DNA of 64,000 nt, taken from positions 1 to 64,000 of the IMG/VR virus record IMGVR_UViG_3300032286_000710. One strand, given 5' to 3'. This DNA is from a virus. The notes under the pieces are model-generated. The model was not told the DNA's origin and ran no database searches. It worked only from the letters and a program-made list of their open reading frames with translations. Positions within the stretch are counted from its first letter, which is position 1, and each line of letters begins with the position of its first letter. Made by a program: the position numbers and the translations under genes. This document shows positions 26,125 through 34,699 of the stretch, piece after piece.

Positions 26125-26528
26125 ATATAATAGATCAATCACTTGAAATAGCACTGAGTCTTTTACCTAAAGCAAAAGAGGAAAGACAAACCAAAAATAA
26201 ATTTTTTCATTTTGCTTTTGGATATAAGAAGAATAAGCTTCTTGCTATTGGGCAAAACAATCCCGAAAAGACACATACTCAGGCTTTAATATTAGCCAAG
26301 AGATTCAATACAGATTCTGAATATCCTTACTTTCATGCAGAGACTGATTTAATATCTCGTTTATGGGGCAAACATTATATAGATAATAGCCTTAAAATGG
26401 TGATTATACGACTTAATAAGCGTGGTGAATTAAGATGTAGTCAGCCGTGTGATAAGTGTGATAGAATAATGAGATCTCTAAGTATTAATAAAGTATGGTG
26501 GAGCATAGACAATGGATTTAATAAATAA
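26121..26528 (+). CDS. cytidine-deaminase-fold Zn-dependent deaminase
   Basis: HAE...SQPCDKC motifs. Confidence 0.85.
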   Translation: MNIIDQSLEIALSLLPKAKEERQTKNKFFHFAFGYKKNKLLAIGQNNPEKTHTQALILAKRFNTDSEYPYFHAETDLISRLWGKHYIDNSLKMVIIRLNKRGELRCSQPCDKCDRIMRSLSINKVWWSIDNGFNK

Positions 26529-27072
26529 CTTAGTTGGTATGAGAGTTTATTTAGTTGGTGCTATGGATAGAGTTCCAGATGGTGGAACTACTTGGCGTAA
26601 ACGAATAACTCCATACCTAAATGAACTAGGTGTAACTGTTATTGACCCGTGCGACAAACCGATCAATGGAGTGACTGAAGATGAAGATACTAGGCACTGG
26701 ATAGAATATTATAAAGAGACAGAAAAGTATGAAAAGATCAAAGAGAAGTTTGGTATAATACGTAGTGCAGATTTACGATGTGTAGATATATCTGATTTCA
26801 TTATTGCTCATATTGATCTTAATATCCACGCTTGTGGAACATATGAAGAGATAGTCACAGCCAATAGAGAAAAAAAGCCAGTTTTAATATGGTGCGAACA
26901 GGGTAAAAGTCAAGCACCCAATTGGCTATTCTTTATGTTGCCACACGAACACATATTTAATTCTTTAAGCGAGGTATTAAACTATCTTAGTTATATAAAT
27001 CAGGAAGAAGACGTAACAAAACTAAAACGATGGTTCTTTTTTAGGAATAACAAAATAAACTATGAATACTAA
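26512..27072 (+). CDS. nucleoside 2-deoxyribosyltransferase-like protein
   Basis: VYLVGAM...WR...IDP; DLRCVDISD; GTYEE; KPV. Confidence 0.8.
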   Translation: MDLINNLVGMRVYLVGAMDRVPDGGTTWRKRITPYLNELGVTVIDPCDKPINGVTEDEDTRHWIEYYKETEKYEKIKEKFGIIRSADLRCVDISDFIIAHIDLNIHACGTYEEIVTANREKKPVLIWCEQGKSQAPNWLFFMLPHEHIFNSLSEVLNYLSYINQEEDVTKLKRWFFFRNNKINYEY

Positions 27073-28135
27073 AATTAATATAATGGCCCCAATTAATCAG
27101 CTTGGATATGGGGTCACAGGATTAAACGTTGTTAAAGAACTATCTAAATCTGTAGAAGTATCTTTATTCATGATAGGACAACCTCAAGTAACAAATCAAG
27201 AAGATGCTGACATAATCTCTAAATGTATAAAAAATTCTCAGTTTTATGATTATAACGCCCCATGTATAAAAATATGGCATCAACATGATATGGCACAATT
27301 TGTTGGTAAAGGAACCAGAATAGGGTTTCCCATATTTGAGTTAGATAAGTTTAATGACTTTGAAAAGCATCAACTTCAATCTTTAGATAGAGTATTTGTA
27401 TGTTCAGAATGGGCTAAGAAGATTGTATTAGATAATACAACTATTGAAGAATCTAATGTCATAGTAGTTCCATTGGGGGTTGATTCATCTATTTTTCAAC
27501 CATGCAAAATGCCTCAGAATGTCCCAACCAGATTTTTTAATTGTGGAAAGTGGGAAATAAGAAAGGGGCATGATGTATTAGTTGATATATTTAACTTAGC
27601 CTTTAACGAAGATGATAATGTAGAACTATTGATGATGTGCGAAAATCCATTTTGTACAGAGCAAGAGCAAAATGAATGGATAAATCTGTACAAAAGGTCT
27701 AAATTAGGATCTAAAATACATATTATTCCACGACAGAACACTCAACAAGAAGTGTATAATATAATGTCCCAGACTCATTGTGGAGTATTTCCAGCAAGAG
27801 CAGAGGGATGGAATTTAGAGCTATTAGAAATGATGGCTTGTGGAAAACGTGTAATAGCAACAGACTACTCTGCCCATACAGAATTTTGTAACTCTAATAA
27901 TGCATTGTTAATACCTATAGAAGAAACCGAAACTGCATATGATGGTAAATGGTTTCATGGTCAGGGTAACTGGGCTAGGATAGATGATAAGGCCAAAAAT
28001 ATTGCCATAAAATATATGCAAAATATTCATGAGCTAAATATAACTAATAGCCTAACTGTCAATGAGTATGGAATTACAACTGCTAAAAATTTTAGCTGGA
28101 AAAACACCGGGAGAAAAATATTAAATGTTATTTAA
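27062..28135 (+). CDS. glycosyltransferase, GT4/GT-B family
   Basis: GKWEIRKG; RAEGWNLELLEMMACG. Confidence 0.9.
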   Translation: MNTKINIMAPINQLGYGVTGLNVVKELSKSVEVSLFMIGQPQVTNQEDADIISKCIKNSQFYDYNAPCIKIWHQHDMAQFVGKGTRIGFPIFELDKFNDFEKHQLQSLDRVFVCSEWAKKIVLDNTTIEESNVIVVPLGVDSSIFQPCKMPQNVPTRFFNCGKWEIRKGHDVLVDIFNLAFNEDDNVELLMMCENPFCTEQEQNEWINLYKRSKLGSKIHIIPRQNTQQEVYNIMSQTHCGVFPARAEGWNLELLEMMACGKRVIATDYSAHTEFCNSNNALLIPIEETETAYDGKWFHGQGNWARIDDKAKNIAIKYMQNIHELNITNSLTVNEYGITTAKNFSWKNTGRKILNVI

Positions 28136-28496
28136 TTTCTTCAAGAAAAAACCAGATAATGAACAAGTTTCAGAACCTAATGAAGTTTTAGCAAAAATAA
28201 GTTACATAGTTTTTAAAGGTTCAGATTCTACGATAGTGGACGTAGAACTAGAAGATTACAGTGATGAATCTATTGAATCACTATCTTATATAATAGACAC
28301 TCTAGCAGAAGATAGGGCGATACTAGAAACTATGAACATAGTAAAAAATGCTCTTGTAGAAGAAGGTAGAGAAGATTGCTTAATAAAAATTTTTAATCTA
28401 ATAAGCAAAGACACCAAAGCAAAAATTATAAATGGGCATAAAGATAATAAGGCGGATGAACCTTGCATAAAACCATCTGAAGTTTTCACAAAATAG
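28125..28496 (+). CDS. hypothetical protein
   Basis: 123-aa ORF coupled upstream. Confidence 0.75.
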   Translation: MLFNFFKKKPDNEQVSEPNEVLAKISYIVFKGSDSTIVDVELEDYSDESIESLSYIIDTLAEDRAILETMNIVKNALVEEGREDCLIKIFNLISKDTKAKIINGHKDNKADEPCIKPSEVFTK

Positions 28497-28505
28497 GAGT
28501 CATAT

Positions 28506-28961
28506 ATGTCTAAAAAAGTAGGATGGCAAAAATATGAAGATTATATTGAAAAACAATTATCGTTTCCCATACTGCAAAATATAATACAGAATATGATTCC
28601 AGAATCAGAAGAAGATATTTTAGGTGAAGAAGACGATGACGATGATGAAGACGAATCATATGAAGATGAAGATAATAAAAAAGATATGATGTCGGCCGTT
28701 TTGCATAAGATGTTGCCACTCACTCCGCAGGTAATAGATGATATATCTATGTTAGCCAATTTTGACTGCTGGATTGGTCACACAAACTTCGATATTACAC
28801 CGGCTATAAAAAATAAACTTAATAAAATGCCCGGTATTGAAATACTAAAAATCTTTAGTCGTTATAGATTTTTTGTTGGTATAGGACAGATGTTTGATTT
28901 TCAGAGTATAAGATTTGATATTGAACAAGAACTTATAAAAGGAGAATTTGAAGATGAGTAA
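28506..28961 (+). CDS. hypothetical protein with poly-acidic tract
   Basis: AGGAG RBS; EEDDDDDEDE tract; WIGHTNFDIT. Confidence 0.8.
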   Translation: MSKKVGWQKYEDYIEKQLSFPILQNIIQNMIPESEEDILGEEDDDDDEDESYEDEDNKKDMMSAVLHKMLPLTPQVIDDISMLANFDCWIGHTNFDITPAIKNKLNKMPGIEILKIFSRYRFFVGIGQMFDFQSIRFDIEQELIKGEFEDE

Positions 28962-29427
28962 TTGCATAGATGATAAGATACAGGTTGCCCTTAAGGATGA
29001 AAACATTGTTAAGATTATGAATCAAGCTTCTAAAAGATTTAGAAATCAATTAGATGCCGACTCTATAAGAACGTGCCAGTTAAATGCTTTATGGAAAACA
29101 TTTGTTAACTATAATCCAGAAAAGGGAGCTAAATTTACTACTTATTTATATAAAGGTGTGTTTATTGAGTGCATGAAAGAGATTAAATTTTCTAATAAAA
29201 ATAAGTCATTTGGTATGTTGCACCACAATATAGCATCTAAAACAGATCCATTTTTTAGTATTGATCTGATGGACGAGTTCAAGAATTCAGAAGATAGGGA
29301 TTTGATTGAGGATAGACTTAGCAATATGACCATAGCAGAAATCTCTGAAAAACGTGGGAAAAACAGAGAAAGCATTAGGCGTAAAATCCACAAGCTTGCA
29401 GATAACATAAAGGATAAATTCTGCTAA
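28954..29427 (+). CDS. sigma-70-family (ECF-like) RNA polymerase sigma factor
   Basis: Region 2 ALWKTFVNYNPEKGAKFTTYLY; region 4 HTH MTIAEISEKRGKNRESIRR. Confidence 0.8.
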   Translation: MSNCIDDKIQVALKDENIVKIMNQASKRFRNQLDADSIRTCQLNALWKTFVNYNPEKGAKFTTYLYKGVFIECMKEIKFSNKNKSFGMLHHNIASKTDPFFSIDLMDEFKNSEDRDLIEDRLSNMTIAEISEKRGKNRESIRRKIHKLADNIKDKFC

Positions 29428-29429
29428 AT

Positions 29430-29438
29430 GTGTATATA
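29430..29438 (+). promoter_or_regulatory. GTGTATATA motif, putative late promoter
   Basis: Intergenic, upstream of the structural-like gene 29513. Confidence 0.6.
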
Positions 29439-29512
29439 ATTTTAGGAACTGGACTATAAAAGGATGCGGAATTATTACTTTGCAAATTTTATTTAAATAA
29501 AAGGAGAATAAT

Positions 29513-30151
29513 ATGGCATCCCAAAAAGCCAACACAAATTTTTCAGTCAAAAATAACGGCGGAAGTGTTATTAATGCTGGAGCTACAGATTCTGGCGTTC
29601 TTTCAGATTTATCTCTAATCAAAAATCTAGGAAGCGGACTACAAGCTTACGGAACCTCAGTTTTTTCAGATACCCCGACTGCACCATTTAATTTTAATGA
29701 TCCTCGCGGGGTTATTAAGGCTAGAAGTGTTAATCCGTTTGCATATACTCCACCGGCTGGTAGCGGATATTTATTAATTGCTGCTGGTGATAATGCTAGC
29801 ACAATTGGCGGTTCTGGAACTACACTACTCAACATCCCCGGCGGTGCTACAGAAGCTGTTGTAAATAAGAACCTAAAGACTACTCAGCTTGGTTCATATG
29901 CTACCAGAAAATTTGATGTTCTTGCAGTTCCATCCAGCGGTAATTCTCCCGGTTTGACCAGAGGTACAGGTGCTGGTACTGCTGTGACTTATAGATCTAC
30001 TAGCGGTAATCTGTATCCAGCAGTTGATGATGCTGCAAGTCTAACTAGAGCAGTTCCCGGTGAACTTACTTATAGATTTGGGGCAGCTTTACCAACTCGT
30101 AATGTTGCCTACAAGGCTAGGGATGCAGCAGAATCTGGCATTAATCTTTAA
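29513..30151 (+). CDS. putative virion structural protein
   Basis: AAGGAG RBS; G/S/A/T-rich; followed by a terminator. Confidence 0.6.
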   Translation: MASQKANTNFSVKNNGGSVINAGATDSGVLSDLSLIKNLGSGLQAYGTSVFSDTPTAPFNFNDPRGVIKARSVNPFAYTPPAGSGYLLIAAGDNASTIGGSGTTLLNIPGGATEAVVNKNLKTTQLGSYATRKFDVLAVPSSGNSPGLTRGTGAGTAVTYRSTSGNLYPAVDDAASLTRAVPGELTYRFGAALPTRNVAYKARDAAESGINL

Positions 30152-30159
30152 TAATTAGC

Positions 30160-30210
30160 AGGATATAAGTGCTTTTTGAGAAATCTTAAGGCACTTTATC
30201 CTTCTTTTTC
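30160..30210 (+). terminator. intrinsic terminator-like hairpin
   Basis: AGGATA-AAGTGC...GCACTT-TATCCT followed by a T-rich tract. Confidence 0.6.
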
Positions 30211-30224
30211 CTACGGAGGCAATT

Positions 30225-30818
30225 ATGCTAGACATAAAAAGTCCAGAACATATCACCTTTATATTTAGTATTGTTGGTGGTCTAGGAACATTTTTTAGCT
30301 TAATGTGGGTCAAGGTAATAAAACCAGCAATTAAATTTGTTAAAGGTCAGGAAGAAGTTGGTAAATCGTTAGAAACAATAAAAAAAGAACTAACAACTAA
30401 TGGTGGAAATAGCCTAAAAGACGCTATTGTAGATTTAAGATCCACCGTCAACAGGATGGAAAAAAGACAAAAGGTTATAGAACAAAGAACAAAGGCCGCA
30501 CTTCACTATAATGATGCGGCATTATTTGAAACAGATGATCATGGTAGACTAACTTGGACCAATAATAATTTTTATGAATTTACACAAGAAGTTATTAATA
30601 GTGTAGAAGGTTATGATTGGCTCAACTATATAAAAGAAGAAGATAGGGAAGATCTTTTTGATGAATTGAAATCTTGCTTAAAAATGAATAGAAAATTAGT
30701 CAAAACAGTACAAACAGTAGACGATAAGACAGTCAAAATGATGGGATTTCCATACAGGATAAATGATAAGGAGCATGGGGGATTTTTAATAAGCATTTCT
30801 CAACTCAAGGAGACATAA
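30225..30818 (+). CDS. membrane-anchored PAS-domain protein (TM, coiled coil, PAS)
   Basis: N-terminal TM; NGGNSLKDAI; LFETDDHGRLTWTN...EGYDWLNYIKEEDR PAS signature. Confidence 0.8.
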   Translation: MLDIKSPEHITFIFSIVGGLGTFFSLMWVKVIKPAIKFVKGQEEVGKSLETIKKELTTNGGNSLKDAIVDLRSTVNRMEKRQKVIEQRTKAALHYNDAALFETDDHGRLTWTNNNFYEFTQEVINSVEGYDWLNYIKEEDREDLFDELKSCLKMNRKLVKTVQTVDDKTVKMMGFPYRINDKEHGGFLISISQLKET

Positions 30819-30819
30819 A

Positions 30820-31041
30820 ATGTCAGAAGTAAAAATGGGTTCACCTGCATTCTCACTAAACACAACTGATCTTATTTCAGTTGGTAAAAACGCAGCATTA
30901 GTTGGTTTAGCAGCACTATTAACATATCTTGGCGAAAATCTAACTAAACTTGATCTTGGCAGTATGACAGCACTTATTGTGCCTGTTACTGTTGTAGTAA
31001 TCAATACCGTAGTCAAGTGGGCAAAGGATAACTCAAAGTGA
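30820..31041 (+). CDS. putative holin (two TM)
   Basis: 73 aa, two hydrophobic helices, charged C-terminus; upstream of a hydrolase. Confidence 0.6.
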   Translation: MSEVKMGSPAFSLNTTDLISVGKNAALVGLAALLTYLGENLTKLDLGSMTALIVPVTVVVINTVVKWAKDNSK

Positions 31042-31958
31042 TGTTTAAGACACCTAAAGATTTATTAAAAGCCTATAAAGATGGTTTTGTAGGATCATAC
31101 TGCGACCCAAAAGAGTTGGACAAACTCTTAGGAGAACTACCACATCCACTATTCGGGGTGGCAGCACATGACTTATATGGTAGTGGAAAAGGAAAAGTAT
31201 CCTTACCATTTAAGTCTCTCTTAAAGTTTGATCCCTCTTTTGGTCCATCGGAAAGACAAGTCCAAGGAGATTGTGTTTCACATGCAACGCGAAACTCTGT
31301 AGATGTTACACGTAGTTGTGAAATTATCAATGGCGAACGTGAGGAATTTGTAGCCCGTGGTGCTACAGAGGGTATTTACGGTTCACGCGGACATGGCGGT
31401 GAAGGCATGACTTGTGCTGGTGCTGCTAGATTCGTCCATGAAAATGGCGGATTATTACTCCGTCAAAAGTACGGAGATTATGACCTTTCAGAGTATAGTG
31501 CTATTGGTGGCAAATGGGGTCGCACTGGCGTTCCAGAAGAATTAATAAAGGTAGCCAAAAAACACCAAGTTAAAACCATAAGTTTAATCAACACCATAGA
31601 TCAAGCCAGAGATGCTATAGCCAATGGTTATTCTATTAGTGTATGTAGTAATTCTGGATTTAGTTCTAGAAGAGATAAGAATGGTATTGCTGCCCGATCT
31701 GGATCATGGGGTCACGCCATGGCTTGGATCGGAATGGATGATACCCACGAAATTTATAATGAAACACTATTCTTAGTCCAAAACTCTTGGGGAGTTTGGA
31801 ATAATGGTGAGAAGCGTCTAGATCAACCCGATGGAAGTTTCTGGATAAGAGAACGAGATGCAGCAGAAATGTTAGCACAGAATGGTTCTTGGGTATTTAG
31901 TGATGTAGACGGTTTTCCTCCAAGAAAAGTAATTTGGACATTAAAAGATCAATTTTAA
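31038..31958 (+). CDS. papain-like cysteine peptidase (C1A-like)
   Basis: QVQGDCVSH (Gln/Cys), WGHAM (His), VQNSWG (Asn); GSFWI. Confidence 0.88.
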   Translation: MMFKTPKDLLKAYKDGFVGSYCDPKELDKLLGELPHPLFGVAAHDLYGSGKGKVSLPFKSLLKFDPSFGPSERQVQGDCVSHATRNSVDVTRSCEIINGEREEFVARGATEGIYGSRGHGGEGMTCAGAARFVHENGGLLLRQKYGDYDLSEYSAIGGKWGRTGVPEELIKVAKKHQVKTISLINTIDQARDAIANGYSISVCSNSGFSSRRDKNGIAARSGSWGHAMAWIGMDDTHEIYNETLFLVQNSWGVWNNGEKRLDQPDGSFWIRERDAAEMLAQNGSWVFSDVDGFPPRKVIWTLKDQF

Positions 31959-31975
31959 CATATAAGGGGTAACAA

Positions 31976-32224
31976 ATGGCAATCTCAACAACTGATGTAA
32001 TAACCAACGTGGTTCCCGGTAGAGAAACAATTCAGAACGGTTCAGCCGTTGTATATTGCTTTTTCGGAAAGCCAGTAAGTGGAAGCGGCAGTTATCAAGC
32101 TTTAATTAGTCCATTTGAATATGAAAAGTCTTATTCTTACACTGCTAACGAAAATAGACTAAAGAGTAGATTTGATGATGTTACTTATTACACTGTTGGA
32201 AATTCTGGCGTAATTGGAGTCTAA
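31976..32224 (+). CDS. hypothetical protein, possibly structural
   Basis: AAGGGG RBS; in the late module. Confidence 0.6.
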   Translation: MAISTTDVITNVVPGRETIQNGSAVVYCFFGKPVSGSGSYQALISPFEYEKSYSYTANENRLKSRFDDVTYYTVGNSGVIGV

Positions 32225-32226
32225 GT

Positions 32227-33414
32227 ATGGCACTTACTAGAATAAATCAATTACCATCTGGAGCAGCAGTTACTGATGATGATATATTTATTGTTATGGA
32301 TGACCCGTCTGGAATTGCAGTAACAAAAAGAGTTTCTGCCAGCGTACTAAGAAGTTCAATTCTAAATCAAGCCGCACAATTACAGTTAAGACAGGGTACA
32401 AATGTAGAAAGGGGCTTGATTACCCCAGCCAGCGGAGAACCAATTTGGGTTACTGATCAAAAGAAGCTTTATATTGGGGATGGTACTACAGTAGGAGGAC
32501 AATTTATTGGGCCATATATCGAAACAGGTACTGAATTAGTTGGTAGAGATACAACTAATAGTGCTATTGCTGGAGGACAAAAAAATCAAATTATTTCTCC
32601 TAACTACGGTGTTACAATAGGTGCTGGATACTACAACGTTGCTAAACCTGGAACTCAATTTAGTACTATTGGTGGAGGATATTATAACGAAGCTTCAACT
32701 GGATCTATTAAAGGAACTATTTCTGGAGGCGAATGGAATACAGTAGTTGGAAGTCATTCAACAATTGGTGGCGGTGGAGGAAATACTACTAATGGACTTC
32801 TTTCAACAATTGGTGGCGGTGGTAGTTTGGCTGGTGAGAGTAGGAATATTGGAAATATTGCTAATGGATACGCTTCAACAATTTGCGGAGGCGTTGCCAA
32901 TAATTCATTGGGTGATTATTCAATAGTAATTGGTGGATATGGAGGAAAGTCAACTTTATATGGACAAGTTTCTCATGCTGCTGGAAATTTTGCTAATCAG
33001 GGAGATGCTCAACATTCTATTTTAATAGCAAGACGAGCAACATCAGACGCTACAGCAAATACAGTATTAACACTAGATGGTGGCACACCGGGGTCAACCA
33101 ATAGATTAACAATAGCCGCCTCAACAGCGTGGTCATTCCTAATAAAAATTAGTGCATATAATACTACTGATAATGCGGCAGCTTCTTGGTTTTTAAAGGG
33201 TGGTATAAGAAGAAATGCTGCTAATGGAACAGCATTAATAGGATCAGTTACTTCAGAAACATGGACAGAAGCTGCTATGTCAACTGCTACCGTTAGTGCT
33301 GTTGCCGATGACACCAACGAGGCTTTAGAAATAAGAGTAACTGGTATAGCTAGTAAATCTATAAGATGGGTAGCTGTAGTTGATATTACTCAAGTAAGCT
33401 TTGGATCACCATAA
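32227..33414 (+). CDS. tail fibre / adhesin-like protein
   Basis: LQLRQGT...GEPIWVTDQKKLYIGDG (Mtd-N-like) followed by STIGGG beta-repeat units. Confidence 0.8.
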   Translation: MALTRINQLPSGAAVTDDDIFIVMDDPSGIAVTKRVSASVLRSSILNQAAQLQLRQGTNVERGLITPASGEPIWVTDQKKLYIGDGTTVGGQFIGPYIETGTELVGRDTTNSAIAGGQKNQIISPNYGVTIGAGYYNVAKPGTQFSTIGGGYYNEASTGSIKGTISGGEWNTVVGSHSTIGGGGGNTTNGLLSTIGGGGSLAGESRNIGNIANGYASTICGGVANNSLGDYSIVIGGYGGKSTLYGQVSHAAGNFANQGDAQHSILIARRATSDATANTVLTLDGGTPGSTNRLTIAASTAWSFLIKISAYNTTDNAAASWFLKGGIRRNAANGTALIGSVTSETWTEAAMSTATVSAVADDTNEALEIRVTGIASKSIRWVAVVDITQVSFGSP

Positions 33415-34664
33415 TGGATAATGCTAAAGGCATTCCACTTAAATGTGGTTCTATATCTGGAGTTAATGCTCCAACATATATTTTTAAAAAACCTACATTC
33501 GGTGGAAGTAAAATACAATTATCAGTACAACCATTTACTAGAATAACATCATCGTCTTCTGCTGGAAATATTACTTCTTATGATGCTATTTTTTTAAGAA
33601 GTATTTCTGCCTCCACGATTACTGATTATAATACATTCATAAATAAAGATGAGGATGTACAATCGGTATCTGTATATAGTCTTAATAGTGGAATAATTTT
33701 AGGATCAAATTTTAACTTGGCGTCTGGAGTTTCTGGCGGAATCACATCTTTAGTAGCAACCGGAATTGGTATATCAAACTGTTTTAGTCTAGCTAGCGTT
33801 ACTGTTGATCAACTTGGACCATCAACGGTAGATTCATTTATATCATACTCTGGCGGAACTCTTGCTAAAAACTGCTATGATACAATTAATAATAGAATAA
33901 CTGGAAAAAATCCAACAATATCAAAACCAATTTTTTCAACTTTAAATCATACATTGTCAACCTATGTTAGAAATACTGGTTGTTGGGCATATGATTTAGA
34001 CTTAACCTGTATTAGTCCGTGGAATAGTGCTGGCGGTATTACTATGGGTGGCACACTCATAAGTCCATGTCATATAGCATTTGCTAATCATTATCAAATA
34101 AGTAATGGATCTAAGATTAGATATGTAACATCAAATAACGTTACTGTAGAAAAAACAGTTATTGATCAAATTAATGCCGTTGACGATATACAAATAGGTA
34201 TACTTGATAGCGACGTTCCATCATCTATTTCTTTTGCAAAAATATTACCAAACAACTGGTCAACTTATTTACCAAACTTATATAGAAATACTCAATATAA
34301 TACTAATTCTGCTGGATTACCCATAATGACTTTAGATTATGATAAAAAAGCCTCAATAATGGAACTCCACTATATAGCAAACAATGCTGGAGCTTTTGTC
34401 AGGGGGCCATCACCAAACTCAAGTTTTTATCCATTCCTAGAATCGGTAGTTGGTGGAGATAGCGGCAGTCCATCATTTTTAATTATCAATAATCAATTAG
34501 TTTTAATTCTGACTTGGACTAGTGTTATTGCTGGGCCATTTTATGGTGGAATTTATGTTAGTTCAATTAATACTGCCATGAATACCCTGTGGACAAGAAA
34601 TGGGCGATCTGGTGGTTCATATGCTGTAACCCTAATTGATTTAACTGGATTCACTCCGTTCTAA
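33414..34664 (+). CDS. putative virion protein with C-terminal trypsin-like protease domain
   Basis: GGTLISPCHIAFANHY, DDIQIG and GGDSGSP triad motifs. Confidence 0.7.
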   Translation: MDNAKGIPLKCGSISGVNAPTYIFKKPTFGGSKIQLSVQPFTRITSSSSAGNITSYDAIFLRSISASTITDYNTFINKDEDVQSVSVYSLNSGIILGSNFNLASGVSGGITSLVATGIGISNCFSLASVTVDQLGPSTVDSFISYSGGTLAKNCYDTINNRITGKNPTISKPIFSTLNHTLSTYVRNTGCWAYDLDLTCISPWNSAGGITMGGTLISPCHIAFANHYQISNGSKIRYVTSNNVTVEKTVIDQINAVDDIQIGILDSDVPSSISFAKILPNNWSTYLPNLYRNTQYNTNSAGLPIMTLDYDKKASIMELHYIANNAGAFVRGPSPNSSFYPFLESVVGGDSGSPSFLIINNQLVLILTWTSVIAGPFYGGIYVSSINTAMNTLWTRNGRSGGSYAVTLIDLTGFTPF

Positions 34665-34665
34665 C

Positions 34666-34694
34666 TTGCAATACTGCTAGGATCGGACTATAAT
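34666..34694 (+). promoter_or_regulatory. sigma70-type promoter, probably giving a leaderless mRNA
   Basis: TTGCAA-17 nt-TATAAT; ATG 5 nt downstream with no SD. Confidence 0.65.
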
Positions 34695-34699
34695 AGTTT

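Noticed and set aside
32757-32822. 21-nt exact repeat in the tail fibre (and the 5793/6042 repeat) as a DGR template/variable pair
   Set aside because: Too short, explained by STIGGG protein repeats, mismatches are not adenine-specific, and no reverse transcriptase is in the window.
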